A DNA stretch of 64,000 nt from Armatimonadota bacterium. GTDB taxonomy: Bacteria; Armatimonadota; UBA5829; DSUL01. The position numbers and the translations under genes were made by a program. Position 1 is the stretch's first letter. Every line of letters starts with the position of its first letter. The notes below the pieces were generated by a model that made no database searches, was not told where the DNA came from, and saw only the letters and a program-made list of their open reading frames with translations. Below are positions 56,616 through 64,000 of this stretch, in pieces. The stretch lies in contig JBDHZC010000002.1 of assembly GCA_039811685.1 (NCBI GenBank), forward strand, positions 1 through 64,000, read 5' to 3'.

Positions 56616-58198
56616 TCGTTGGCCTCTGTGGGCCGGGTAGATACGTAAACGCGGCCGACCACGCCCAAGGCGCCTGCTGTAACGCCAGGCTGTGATGCGG
56701 GCCGCGAAGAGACGGGGCCTGTAAGAACTGATATAGGGGCTGCCGTTCTCAGGTGACGATAAGACGCCACATAGTCACGAGTAGCTGGCGCGCCGGGCCG
56801 CATATTGTAGGCGCAGAACCAAGACCAACCTGCATAAATAGTATCAGCGGGCTGCCCTTGCCCGACAACGCCCTGAGCCACGTCAAACTGAGCTGCGTTC
56901 AGGCGTCGGTCAGCCGTTGTGAAGAGAAGACTTGCTGTAGATAACGCGACGAGAAGCAGTACGCCCACCCCCGGCCACAGTCCAAATTTGAATGAGCTGT
57001 GATACCCTGTCAAGACAATAAGCGCCACGATCGCGGGTAGAGCGTGACGCGCTACCGGGTGCTGCATCACTGGCAACACGAGGAGAGACGAAACCGCGAT
57101 AGTCGCCAGTATCTGTTCTGTGGAAGTCACCATTCCGGGCAGGTAATCGCGAAGCCAGCGAAAACCCAACACTGCGCCAGTTGGCGCAAGCAGCAGCAGT
57201 GGAGCGGCCAGCAGACGCTGGTGGAACGCGACGATTGCAGGCCCCGTCAACGTAGGCAGATGGCCGCGCGTCCAAAAGTAAGCTGTGAGTCCTAGGACGG
57301 CCACGGCGACTACGGCATCCACCACCGGCGCTTTCCGTACCGACTTTTTCCAGGTCAGTAGCAGCGCCGGAGTTAGCGCAGCGGCGGTCAACAGACTAAT
57401 CACACAGAAAGCGCGCAAATCGAGCCGTTCCCATTGGTGCTCTGCCAACACTTCCCGCGCGACTGTAAGCTCGAGCGCGCTGAAGCGGTTCACACTCATC
57501 TTGCCTACGACCAGAAAACTGAACCCTGCGGTGATGACGGACAGGACAAGACACTTGATGGCAAAAGTGCGATCCGCTGAGGTCAGGAACACAGAGCGCA
57601 AGGCAAACACGGCGATAATGACGAGCGCAAAGGATCTAGTGAGCACCGCAAGCAGTAACAACGCCACCCAGCAGACCCACAAGAGTGCTATTGCCCAACG
57701 CCCACCGGATTCGTGCGTCTCCTCCAATGTGCGATGGACCACCAGAAACCAGACAAGATAGAGGATATACGGAATGTCCGTCATAAAAGCCGGAGCACTC
57801 AGCGGGAACTCCTCAAAGCAGAACACGCTCGCGCACAGCGCCACCGCCAGCCAAGGCCGCACGCGCCCAACCAGCAGTAGATACAGACCGCCCATCAAGA
57901 GCACGCTATAAAACGCACCCAGACAGCTTAGCGACAGTGTGGTGGTACCGAACACGTGCGCCCAGGGCACAGCCAGGGCGAGTACGCCAATAAACGTTGG
58001 CTGGGACCAACGCATGTAGTCCACAACACCCGTGCCCAGAAAGTGCCGCAGCATGTTCTCGTAACCGCCTGCGTCCGACCAGGGTGTTGGTGTATCCACG
58101 GCCAGCCAGAAAAAACAGAGCGCTGAAGCCACAAGCAGGAAGGCCAGCGGATCGGCCGTACGGGCGGGGGACGGACGGCTGATAGTCAGGCTATCCAT
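56612..58198 (-). CDS. Multi-TM membrane protein, GT39/PMT-like
   Basis: About 12 TM; P.SD..Y, WSQPT, FMTDIP. Start moved to MDSLT, overlapping the upstream stop. Confidence 0.7.
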   Translation of the reverse strand: MDSLTISRPSPARTADPLAFLLVASALCFFWLAVDTPTPWSDAGGYENMLRHFLGTGVVDYMRWSQPTFIGVLALAVPWAHVFGTTTLSLSCLGAFYSVLLMGGLYLLLVGRVRPWLAVALCASVFCFEEFPLSAPAFMTDIPYILYLVWFLVVHRTLEETHESGGRWAIALLWVCWVALLLLAVLTRSFALVIIAVFALRSVFLTSADRTFAIKCLVLSVITAGFSFLVVGKMSVNRFSALELTVAREVLAEHQWERLDLRAFCVISLLTAAALTPALLLTWKKSVRKAPVVDAVVAVAVLGLTAYFWTRGHLPTLTGPAIVAFHQRLLAAPLLLLAPTGAVLGFRWLRDYLPGMVTSTEQILATIAVSSLLVLPVMQHPVARHALPAIVALIVLTGYHSSFKFGLWPGVGVLLLVALSTASLLFTTADRRLNAAQFDVAQGVVGQGQPADTIYAGWSWFCAYNMRPGAPATRDYVASYRHLRTAAPISVLTGPVSSRPASQPGVTAGALGVVGRVYVSTRPTEANE

Positions 58199-59150
58199 CC
58201 TCACTCCAGAGGATACCACGCAATTTCGCCAGCCCCTGCTTTTCATAGTTTCGCGGACGCCGCATTTCAACGAGCGTCTGCGCGCTGAGGCCGTACTTGT
58301 AATGTGCCCGCAAAGCGGGTGCCGCACTACTGTAACGCCCTCCCGGCATACATAGCAGCGCTTTTCGCAATGCCGCAAGCGCCAGGTACTTCGCGCATCT
58401 AAACCGATTTTCGCTATGCCACCAGTGATAAGCGATGTACGCATCCGCCCGACCAGCGTCCGTAGCCCGCTTGACAAAAGAAGCAGGTGTCAGCCGCGAG
58501 CCGTCAAAATGATGCTCAACGGCGACTACCAACCGCTTTTGAATGGTATGGCCTGCCGCCGACAGTTGTGCGGCAAACAATGTTTCGTCTCCAAACCCAA
58601 TGGCCCCCGGCCCCAGCTCGACATCAAACCAGGGTACTTTCTGTCGCACGTGACGTCCAAAAGCCATATTCGCGCCGACCAGCGTCACTGCGGCGGGATT
58701 TACCAGATGCTCTGTCGAAGCTAACCATACACGGTGTGTCAGCTCCATCCACGGCTGTACCAAATCCGGTGCTAACTGCACGCCTCCAGCTACGGCGTCA
58801 GCTTCGCCTGCAAGGATCGGCCGGCACATGCCTTCTATCCAGTCTTCGGGTACGCGCACGTCGTCATCTGTGAAGATAAAGACGTCGCCGCTGGCTTCAC
58901 TCATTCCTGTGTTGTAGGCATATCCTTTGCCTTTCCTCGGCTCAGAGATGTAGCGCACCGGCATGTTCTGGAGGTCTGACTCCTCTGTAATCTGTCGCGT
59001 GTGGTCCGTGCTGCCGTTATCCACTACCAGAAGCTCAGCGGGAAGATCGGACGGGACAAGGACACGGCCTACCGAAGCCAGCGTCTCTCGCAAGCTGTCG
59101 GCTCTATTGCGGGTGCAGATGATGATGCTGACAACGGGCTCAGGCCACAT
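58191..59150 (-). CDS. GT2 family glycosyltransferase
   Basis: SIIICTRNR, VVDNGSTD, FTDDD, GANMAF. Confidence 0.92.
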   Translation of the reverse strand: MWPEPVVSIIICTRNRADSLRETLASVGRVLVPSDLPAELLVVDNGSTDHTRQITEESDLQNMPVRYISEPRKGKGYAYNTGMSEASGDVFIFTDDDVRVPEDWIEGMCRPILAGEADAVAGGVQLAPDLVQPWMELTHRVWLASTEHLVNPAAVTLVGANMAFGRHVRQKVPWFDVELGPGAIGFGDETLFAAQLSAAGHTIQKRLVVAVEHHFDGSRLTPASFVKRATDAGRADAYIAYHWWHSENRFRCAKYLALAALRKALLCMPGGRYSSAAPALRAHYKYGLSAQTLVEMRRPRNYEKQGLAKLRGILWSEDG

Positions 59151-60099
59151 CGGCGAGCTGCTCCAAACCCATGCGGGCATAGCGGCGTGGCCGCATCCGC
59201 TCTTTGATGAAGGCGCGGTAAAAGGCTATCTCTTGTACACGGCCCAACTCCCACTCCGCCGCCCCTTCACGGCGCAGGACGTCAGTCGGTCTGCGGAGGC
59301 GCTCTAGCCACAGACGCGCTACCGCACGCGGTAGGTACTGTGCTGCCCTCGGGCTATCCAGGTGCCGCCAGTGGTAGTTCAGATACGCAGTTGATCTTCC
59401 AAAGCTCTCAGCTGTTTTCATCAGGCTTCGACGCAGCAGGCGAGAAGGGTCCATGTGGTGCTCAACACACACGTTGAGGGCTCCCGCAAGGCGATAGCCC
59501 GCCGCCTTTAGCTGCCAGGAAAAGAGGGTCTCTTCACCGAACCCGACACCACCCGCGCCGAGCGCCGAATCAAAAACGGGCACGCGCGCCCGTATACGGC
59601 TGTGGAAGGCCATGTTCGCCCCCACCATGTCATCTGGCTCGCTAGGGTCGAGCCGCTCCGTACACGCGTACCAGCTCCTGTGCCAGGGAGTCATCCACTT
59701 TCGTTCGAGGTGCGGCGCCAGGCGTACGCCTCCAGCTACGGCGTCTGCTTCACCTGCAAGGACGGGTCGGCACATGCCTTCTATCCAGTCCACAGGTACG
59801 CGCACGTCATCATCGGTGAAAAGAAAGACATCACCTTTTGCTTCAGCCAGCGCCCTGTTGCGCGCCCGGCTCAGACCAAGCGCCGGTTCGTAGATGTAGC
59901 GCACAGGCATGGCTCGGATAGGTGCCTGCTCAACAACCGCCTTTGTGTCGTCAAAGCTCCCATTATCTACAACGAGCAATTCTGCTTTTAGCCCGGCGGG
60001 TATATCCGCCTTCGACACTGAAATGAGTGTTTCGCGCAGCGCTGGGGCACGGTTACGCGTGCAGATAATGATGGAGATATCGCTTGCTGGTGTCGACAT
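59140..60099 (-). CDS. GT2 family glycosyltransferase (paralog of its neighbour)
   Basis: SIIICTRNR, VVDNGS.D, GLSRARN, FTDDD, GANMAF. Confidence 0.92.
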   Translation of the reverse strand: MSTPASDISIIICTRNRAPALRETLISVSKADIPAGLKAELLVVDNGSFDDTKAVVEQAPIRAMPVRYIYEPALGLSRARNRALAEAKGDVFLFTDDDVRVPVDWIEGMCRPVLAGEADAVAGGVRLAPHLERKWMTPWHRSWYACTERLDPSEPDDMVGANMAFHSRIRARVPVFDSALGAGGVGFGEETLFSWQLKAAGYRLAGALNVCVEHHMDPSRLLRRSLMKTAESFGRSTAYLNYHWRHLDSPRAAQYLPRAVARLWLERLRRPTDVLRREGAAEWELGRVQEIAFYRAFIKERMRPRRYARMGLEQLADVA

Positions 60100-61337
60100 C
60101 ACAAGCGCTCCCGCAAAGAGGCGTACGCAGACTCCGCGCACCGTATCTGGTCCGCAGCGCACGCAAGCAAGTCGTCCCTGAGTTCAACCGCTTGAGCCCA
60201 CAACTCGAGCGCAGCTTGCACAGCAACACTACAAAACTCGGGCGTGTCAAACGACAGGACTTTGCAGCCCTTTCCAAAGAGCTTCGCCAGCCCTTCAAAT
60301 TTCTGCGCGTAGTAGGTCGCCCTATGGACGGCTACTACAGGCACGCCCTGCGACAGCGCGAAAACCGCCGCGTGGTAGGAGCCTGTAAAAACAACACGGC
60401 AGCGGCCAGCCAGCGCGATGACATCCTCCGGCGTAGCAACCGGCGCACTTACGGCCGTGAGCTTTGCCCGTTGGAGTATCGCTTCAATGGCCTTTGCGTC
60501 CTCTCCGTCGCAGTATTGCGAAATGGGCAACGGTGCAAACGAGCACCCTAACTCCTGACCCAGCGTCTGAAATATCCGCGTTAATTGGCGCACATCGCTC
60601 GAGGCTGCTTCCGAGTAATCAGATAGTCGGACACCTACACCAAGGTACTGGCCAGGCTTGGTGGTACAAAGGCTATAGGCCAGTGCCACAGCATCGTCAC
60701 CCGTGACGACAACATTCTGGCATCGAGCCTCTAGTTCACGTATCAAGGAAGGACTGAATACTCCGTCACGCAGCGTTACCAACACCGGCTCCCTTAGTAT
60801 CTCCCGCAACTGTCTCCGGTGACGGTAATCTTCGACTGGCCCGAGGCCGTGTCCTAAAAGGGCGACTGGCTTTCGCAGACGATAAGCCAAGCTCGTAGTC
60901 TCGTATACACCTTGTATCATCCATGGAAATGTATCCGTCAGATATCCACCGCCGCTTGCAACGACAAGATCACACGAGGAGAGTGCTCTGTAGTACTCAT
61001 CTAACTCATCCGTCGCTCGGCGTAAGGCTCTTTTTTTTATCCGTGTCAGACTATAGGCCACCTGCGGTGCTGCGGAGCGCAAGCTGGCTTCAGGTCGGCT
61101 GAGCACACGGGCCAGAGGTCCGAAGAGACTACCTTGTCCATGATAAAGGTATCGCCCGTGTGGCGAGAGAGGGATGGCGGCCGGCCAAAACTTGCTGAGC
61201 CGTTCTGGCGCTGTGGTGAAAATATAAAATACTGCTTCGGGCCAAAGTGCCTGTAATCTGGTGAGTGCAACTCTAAGCATTGCCGCATCACCAACGTTCA
61301 GGAGCTCATATCCGCTGTTTTCAACGACGATGCGCAT
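60099..61337 (-). CDS. Polysaccharide pyruvyl transferase family protein
   Basis: N.GDAAML, SGGGYLTD, GHGLGP, TLRD..S, GDDA, SYHAAVFAL..GVP. Confidence 0.9.
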   Translation of the reverse strand: MRIVVENSGYELLNVGDAAMLRVALTRLQALWPEAVFYIFTTAPERLSKFWPAAIPLSPHGRYLYHGQGSLFGPLARVLSRPEASLRSAAPQVAYSLTRIKKRALRRATDELDEYYRALSSCDLVVASGGGYLTDTFPWMIQGVYETTSLAYRLRKPVALLGHGLGPVEDYRHRRQLREILREPVLVTLRDGVFSPSLIRELEARCQNVVVTGDDAVALAYSLCTTKPGQYLGVGVRLSDYSEAASSDVRQLTRIFQTLGQELGCSFAPLPISQYCDGEDAKAIEAILQRAKLTAVSAPVATPEDVIALAGRCRVVFTGSYHAAVFALSQGVPVVAVHRATYYAQKFEGLAKLFGKGCKVLSFDTPEFCSVAVQAALELWAQAVELRDDLLACAADQIRCAESAYASLRERL

Positions 61338-61441
61338 CTGGTTAGGAGTCACCCTTATCAGTACCAAGGCTCGGTTGCGGCATCGCGGCTGTCATGCGTA
61401 CACGGACCGCCAAAGAAACGGCCGTGTTAAGGCGTGTGCAC

Positions 61442-62704
61442 CTATTTACGGCTCCCAGAGTCGTTTCTCCCGTCTGTAAACTGGTGTTCCACAAGAAACG
61501 GCGAATAGCGCGGATCGGGCGTCTGTCCGTTGTTATAGAAGTGACAGCTCACGACATCGAATGAAAACGCATTAGAGACATGGTCGAGGTTCTGTCCGGC
61601 AGGATCCTGCAATGCGACTGCAAGCCTGTACCGGCCGATGTTTAGCGGAAGCCGCCTGATTTGGCAGTGAACAACGCCGTTCCCAACCTCTCCTTCCTTC
61701 GCGTAAGCCGCGATATCTCTCCGCAGGTGGAAGAGTGCCGTATCCTGTTGGTCGTAGCACGTGAGGAGAAGCTGCGCATGCTTCTGCGTTCCGCTGTTTT
61801 TGTAAGCAAATGCAAAGACTACGTCGTCTCCGCCGCTGACCTGGCTCACTTCAGCATCCTGCGACAGTAGTTGTATTCCGGTAAGACGCATCTCCCCGGT
61901 TCCGGAGCGGACGACAGACGGACTGTCAAGTTCCTGTGGTGTCGTCTGCATCTCGTGAAGGTAGGTGCGGCACGCCTCTTCAGCGTCAGCCTCAAGAGTA
62001 AGCTCGCCGTTCGAAACCACAAGTGCCGTTCTACAGAGGCTTCTAATGGCCCCAAGATTGTGGCTCACGAACAGCACCGTCCTTCCGCCGCTGGCGACGT
62101 CTTTCATCTTGCCGAGGCACTTCTTCTGAAACTCGGCGTCGCCTACGGCCAGCACTTCGTCCACCACCAGAATCTCGGAGCGCAGGTGGGCGGCGACGGC
62201 GAAGGCGAGGCGCACATACATGCCGCTTGAGTAGCGCTTGACGGGCGTGTCCAGAAACTGCTCCACGCCGGCAAAATCCACAATGGCGTCGAACTGGCGC
62301 TGGATCTCGCTTTTGCGCATCCCCAGGATGGCGCCGTTCAGGAAGATGTTCTCCCGGCCGGTGAGCTCCGGGTGAAAACCTGTGCCAACCTCCAGCAGGC
62401 TGCCGACGCGGCCATAGAGGTCAATCTCCCCGGTGGTCGGCTCGGTGATGCGGCTGAGGACTTTCAACAGCGTGGACTTGCCCGCGCCGTTGCGCCCGAT
62501 GATGCCCACCACATCCCCGCGGCGCACGTCAAACGAAACATCCTTCAGCGCCCAGAAAGTCTCCGTCTCCGAGCGCTGCAGCGGACGGCGCAGACGGCTC
62601 ATGAGCGCTTCGGCGGCAGTGGTGTGTTTCGCCTGGGTGTGGGCGATGGTGTAGGCCTTGCCGAGACCCCGGACGGAGATGGCTATGTCGGAGCTAGATG
62701 ACAT
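61442..62704 (-). CDS. wzt: Polysaccharide ABC transporter ATP-binding protein with Wzt C-terminal domain
   Basis: FWALKDVSF, GRNGAGKST, YSSGM.VRLAFAVAAH, DEVLAVGD. Confidence 0.93.
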   Translation of the reverse strand: MSSSSDIAISVRGLGKAYTIAHTQAKHTTAAEALMSRLRRPLQRSETETFWALKDVSFDVRRGDVVGIIGRNGAGKSTLLKVLSRITEPTTGEIDLYGRVGSLLEVGTGFHPELTGRENIFLNGAILGMRKSEIQRQFDAIVDFAGVEQFLDTPVKRYSSGMYVRLAFAVAAHLRSEILVVDEVLAVGDAEFQKKCLGKMKDVASGGRTVLFVSHNLGAIRSLCRTALVVSNGELTLEADAEEACRTYLHEMQTTPQELDSPSVVRSGTGEMRLTGIQLLSQDAEVSQVSGGDDVVFAFAYKNSGTQKHAQLLLTCYDQQDTALFHLRRDIAAYAKEGEVGNGVVHCQIRRLPLNIGRYRLAVALQDPAGQNLDHVSNAFSFDVVSCHFYNNGQTPDPRYSPFLVEHQFTDGRNDSGSRK

Positions 62705-63545
62705 CGGCGAACTTCCTCTCCATCTTCCGGAAGGAGAAGGCTCCGAAGAAGAATACCAGGACGGCTGCGGCGGCGGAGTAGCCGAGGAAGTCCGGGCGCA
62801 GGTGTCCCGTGCCAAGCAGCGACCAGCGGAAGGCTTCCAGAAGGCCGGACATCGGGTTGACCAGGAAGAAGGGCTTCAGACTGGCGGGCACGGCCTGCAT
62901 GGAATACGCGACCGGGCTGGCATACATGATGAACGGGATGATGACGGGCAGAATGTGCTGTATGTCGCGGTAGCTCACCGTGAGCGCGGCGGCTATCAGG
63001 CCCAGACCCAGCGAAAGCATCAAAATCAGAACCATCCACACCGGCAACAGCAGCAGCCCTGCATGCGGGCGGACGTGATAGAGCGCCATCAACACTACCA
63101 TCATCCCGAGCGCTACGGCGAAATCCAGCAGCACTCCGAGCGTGGTGGACAGGGGCAGAACAAGGCGCGGAAAGTAGATCTTGCTGACAAGGTGGGCGTT
63201 ACCCACCAGAGACAGGCTGCTTTTGGAGAGGGTTCCGCTGAAGACGCCCCACCCGAGCTGTCCGGCGTAGGCAAAGAGGAAGTAAGGGACGCCGTCGCTT
63301 GGCAGCTTAGCGACTTTGCCGAATACGACCGCGAAGATGCCGGCGGCCATCAGCGGCTGAAGGATCACCCAGATAGCGCCAAGAGCCGTCTGGCGGTAGC
63401 GCAGCTTCACGTCGCGCCCGGCCAGCACCAGAAGCAGGTCCCGGAACATCCACAGCTCGCGCAGATTGATGGGCGACCACCCGCGGCTCGGGCGGATGGT
63501 CAGATGCGGCGTGCGGTGTTCGATTGTCGCCGTAGCTTCAGACAT
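62694..63545 (-). CDS. wzm: Polysaccharide ABC transporter permease
   Basis: RD.KLRYRQT.LG..W, K.YFPR, YRD..H, SPVAY, NPM, ERKFADVI. Confidence 0.93.
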   Translation of the reverse strand: MSEATATIEHRTPHLTIRPSRGWSPINLRELWMFRDLLLVLAGRDVKLRYRQTALGAIWVILQPLMAAGIFAVVFGKVAKLPSDGVPYFLFAYAGQLGWGVFSGTLSKSSLSLVGNAHLVSKIYFPRLVLPLSTTLGVLLDFAVALGMMVVLMALYHVRPHAGLLLLPVWMVLILMLSLGLGLIAAALTVSYRDIQHILPVIIPFIMYASPVAYSMQAVPASLKPFFLVNPMSGLLEAFRWSLLGTGHLRPDFLGYSAAAAVLVFFFGAFSFRKMERKFADVI

Positions 63546-63577
63546 ATCCGATGTCGAAAGTCTCCTCTAAAGTAGCG

Positions 63578-64000
63578 CTAGGACTTCGGCGACTCGGCCA
63601 TCAGGTCCGCCAGCGGCGCTTTTGCATTGCGAAGAAAGTCCTTCATGGCCGCCTGCCCCTCAACGCTGTCATCGGCGATAAGGCGCACAAAGAGCGACTG
63701 GCCTTCATGTCCCATCAGGCGGTCCCGCAAAGCCAGCAACCGGCCCATCTGGTTTCTGCCATATTTTGTGTCAACTGCCGCGCCCCCACTCCACCAGTAA
63801 AACACCTGCTGGCGCACGTCCTGCCGCTGAGCCACCATATACCGCCCGGGCTGCCCGGCAATCTCCCTGTGACGCTCCTGCGTCAGCGAAAACCCCTGCC
63901 CCGGAAAGCAGATGTTTGGATCGTGAAAGTCTGCGTAGTCCGTGGCGGTCAGCAGTGTAAGATTAATCAGCCGCCCGTTTTTGTCCTGGTATATGCGGTC
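63578..64000 (-). CDS. epsI: Exosortase-associated EpsI family protein (5' end outside the window)
   Basis: Hand translation: RIYQDKNGRLINLTLLT...FHDPNICFPGQGF...VFYWW...LFVRL. Confidence 0.75.
   Translation of the reverse strand, partial: DRIYQDKNGRLINLTLLTATDYADFHDPNICFPGQGFSLTQERHREIAGQPGRYMVAQRQDVRQQVFYWWSGGAAVDTKYGRNQMGRLLALRDRLMGHEGQSLFVRLIADDSVEGQAAMKDFLRNAKAPLADLMAESPKS

Noticed and set aside
1..64000. CRISPR array, rRNA, IS elements
   Set aside because: No repeat-spacer pattern, rRNA signature or transposase motif seen.

Overview
A roughly 60% GC bacterial chromosomal segment. The PEP-CTERM/EpsI system, the ylm-type yggS-sepF-proC-yggT-divIVA-DUF167 cluster and the C-terminal module of a HAF-repeat protein suggest Armatimonadota (inference only). 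The left 38.7 kb is almost all + strand. It carries carbohydrate genes (GH130, galE, an FAD oxidoreductase) and thrS-infC(ATA start)-rpmI-rplT-pheS-pheT. Next comes a compact unexplained signalling module: a LeuA-regulatory-like protein, an unannotated 30-aa peptide, and two HD-GYP proteins (one with an inserted zinc ribbon, one degenerate). After that come a GT39, xerD, the division cluster, a DnaA-box cluster with no dnaA gene, acpS-nnr, and a six-gene FHA/VWA/PP2C/Ser-Thr kinase operon whose members carry repeated D-x-x-R-T-Q motifs. The right 25 kb is almost all - strand: secreted repeat and lysozyme-like proteins, tRNA-Ser(TGA) followed by a rod-like structured element, a PEP-CTERM protein (+), HAF-repeat and GH-A/PA14 proteins, and a Wzm/Wzt polysaccharide locus next to an EpsI gene. 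The best candidates for new biology are the peptide/HD-GYP module (11.9-15.3 kb) and the RTQ-repeat FHA operon (30.5-38.7 kb). All calls come from reading motifs by eye; no searches were run.
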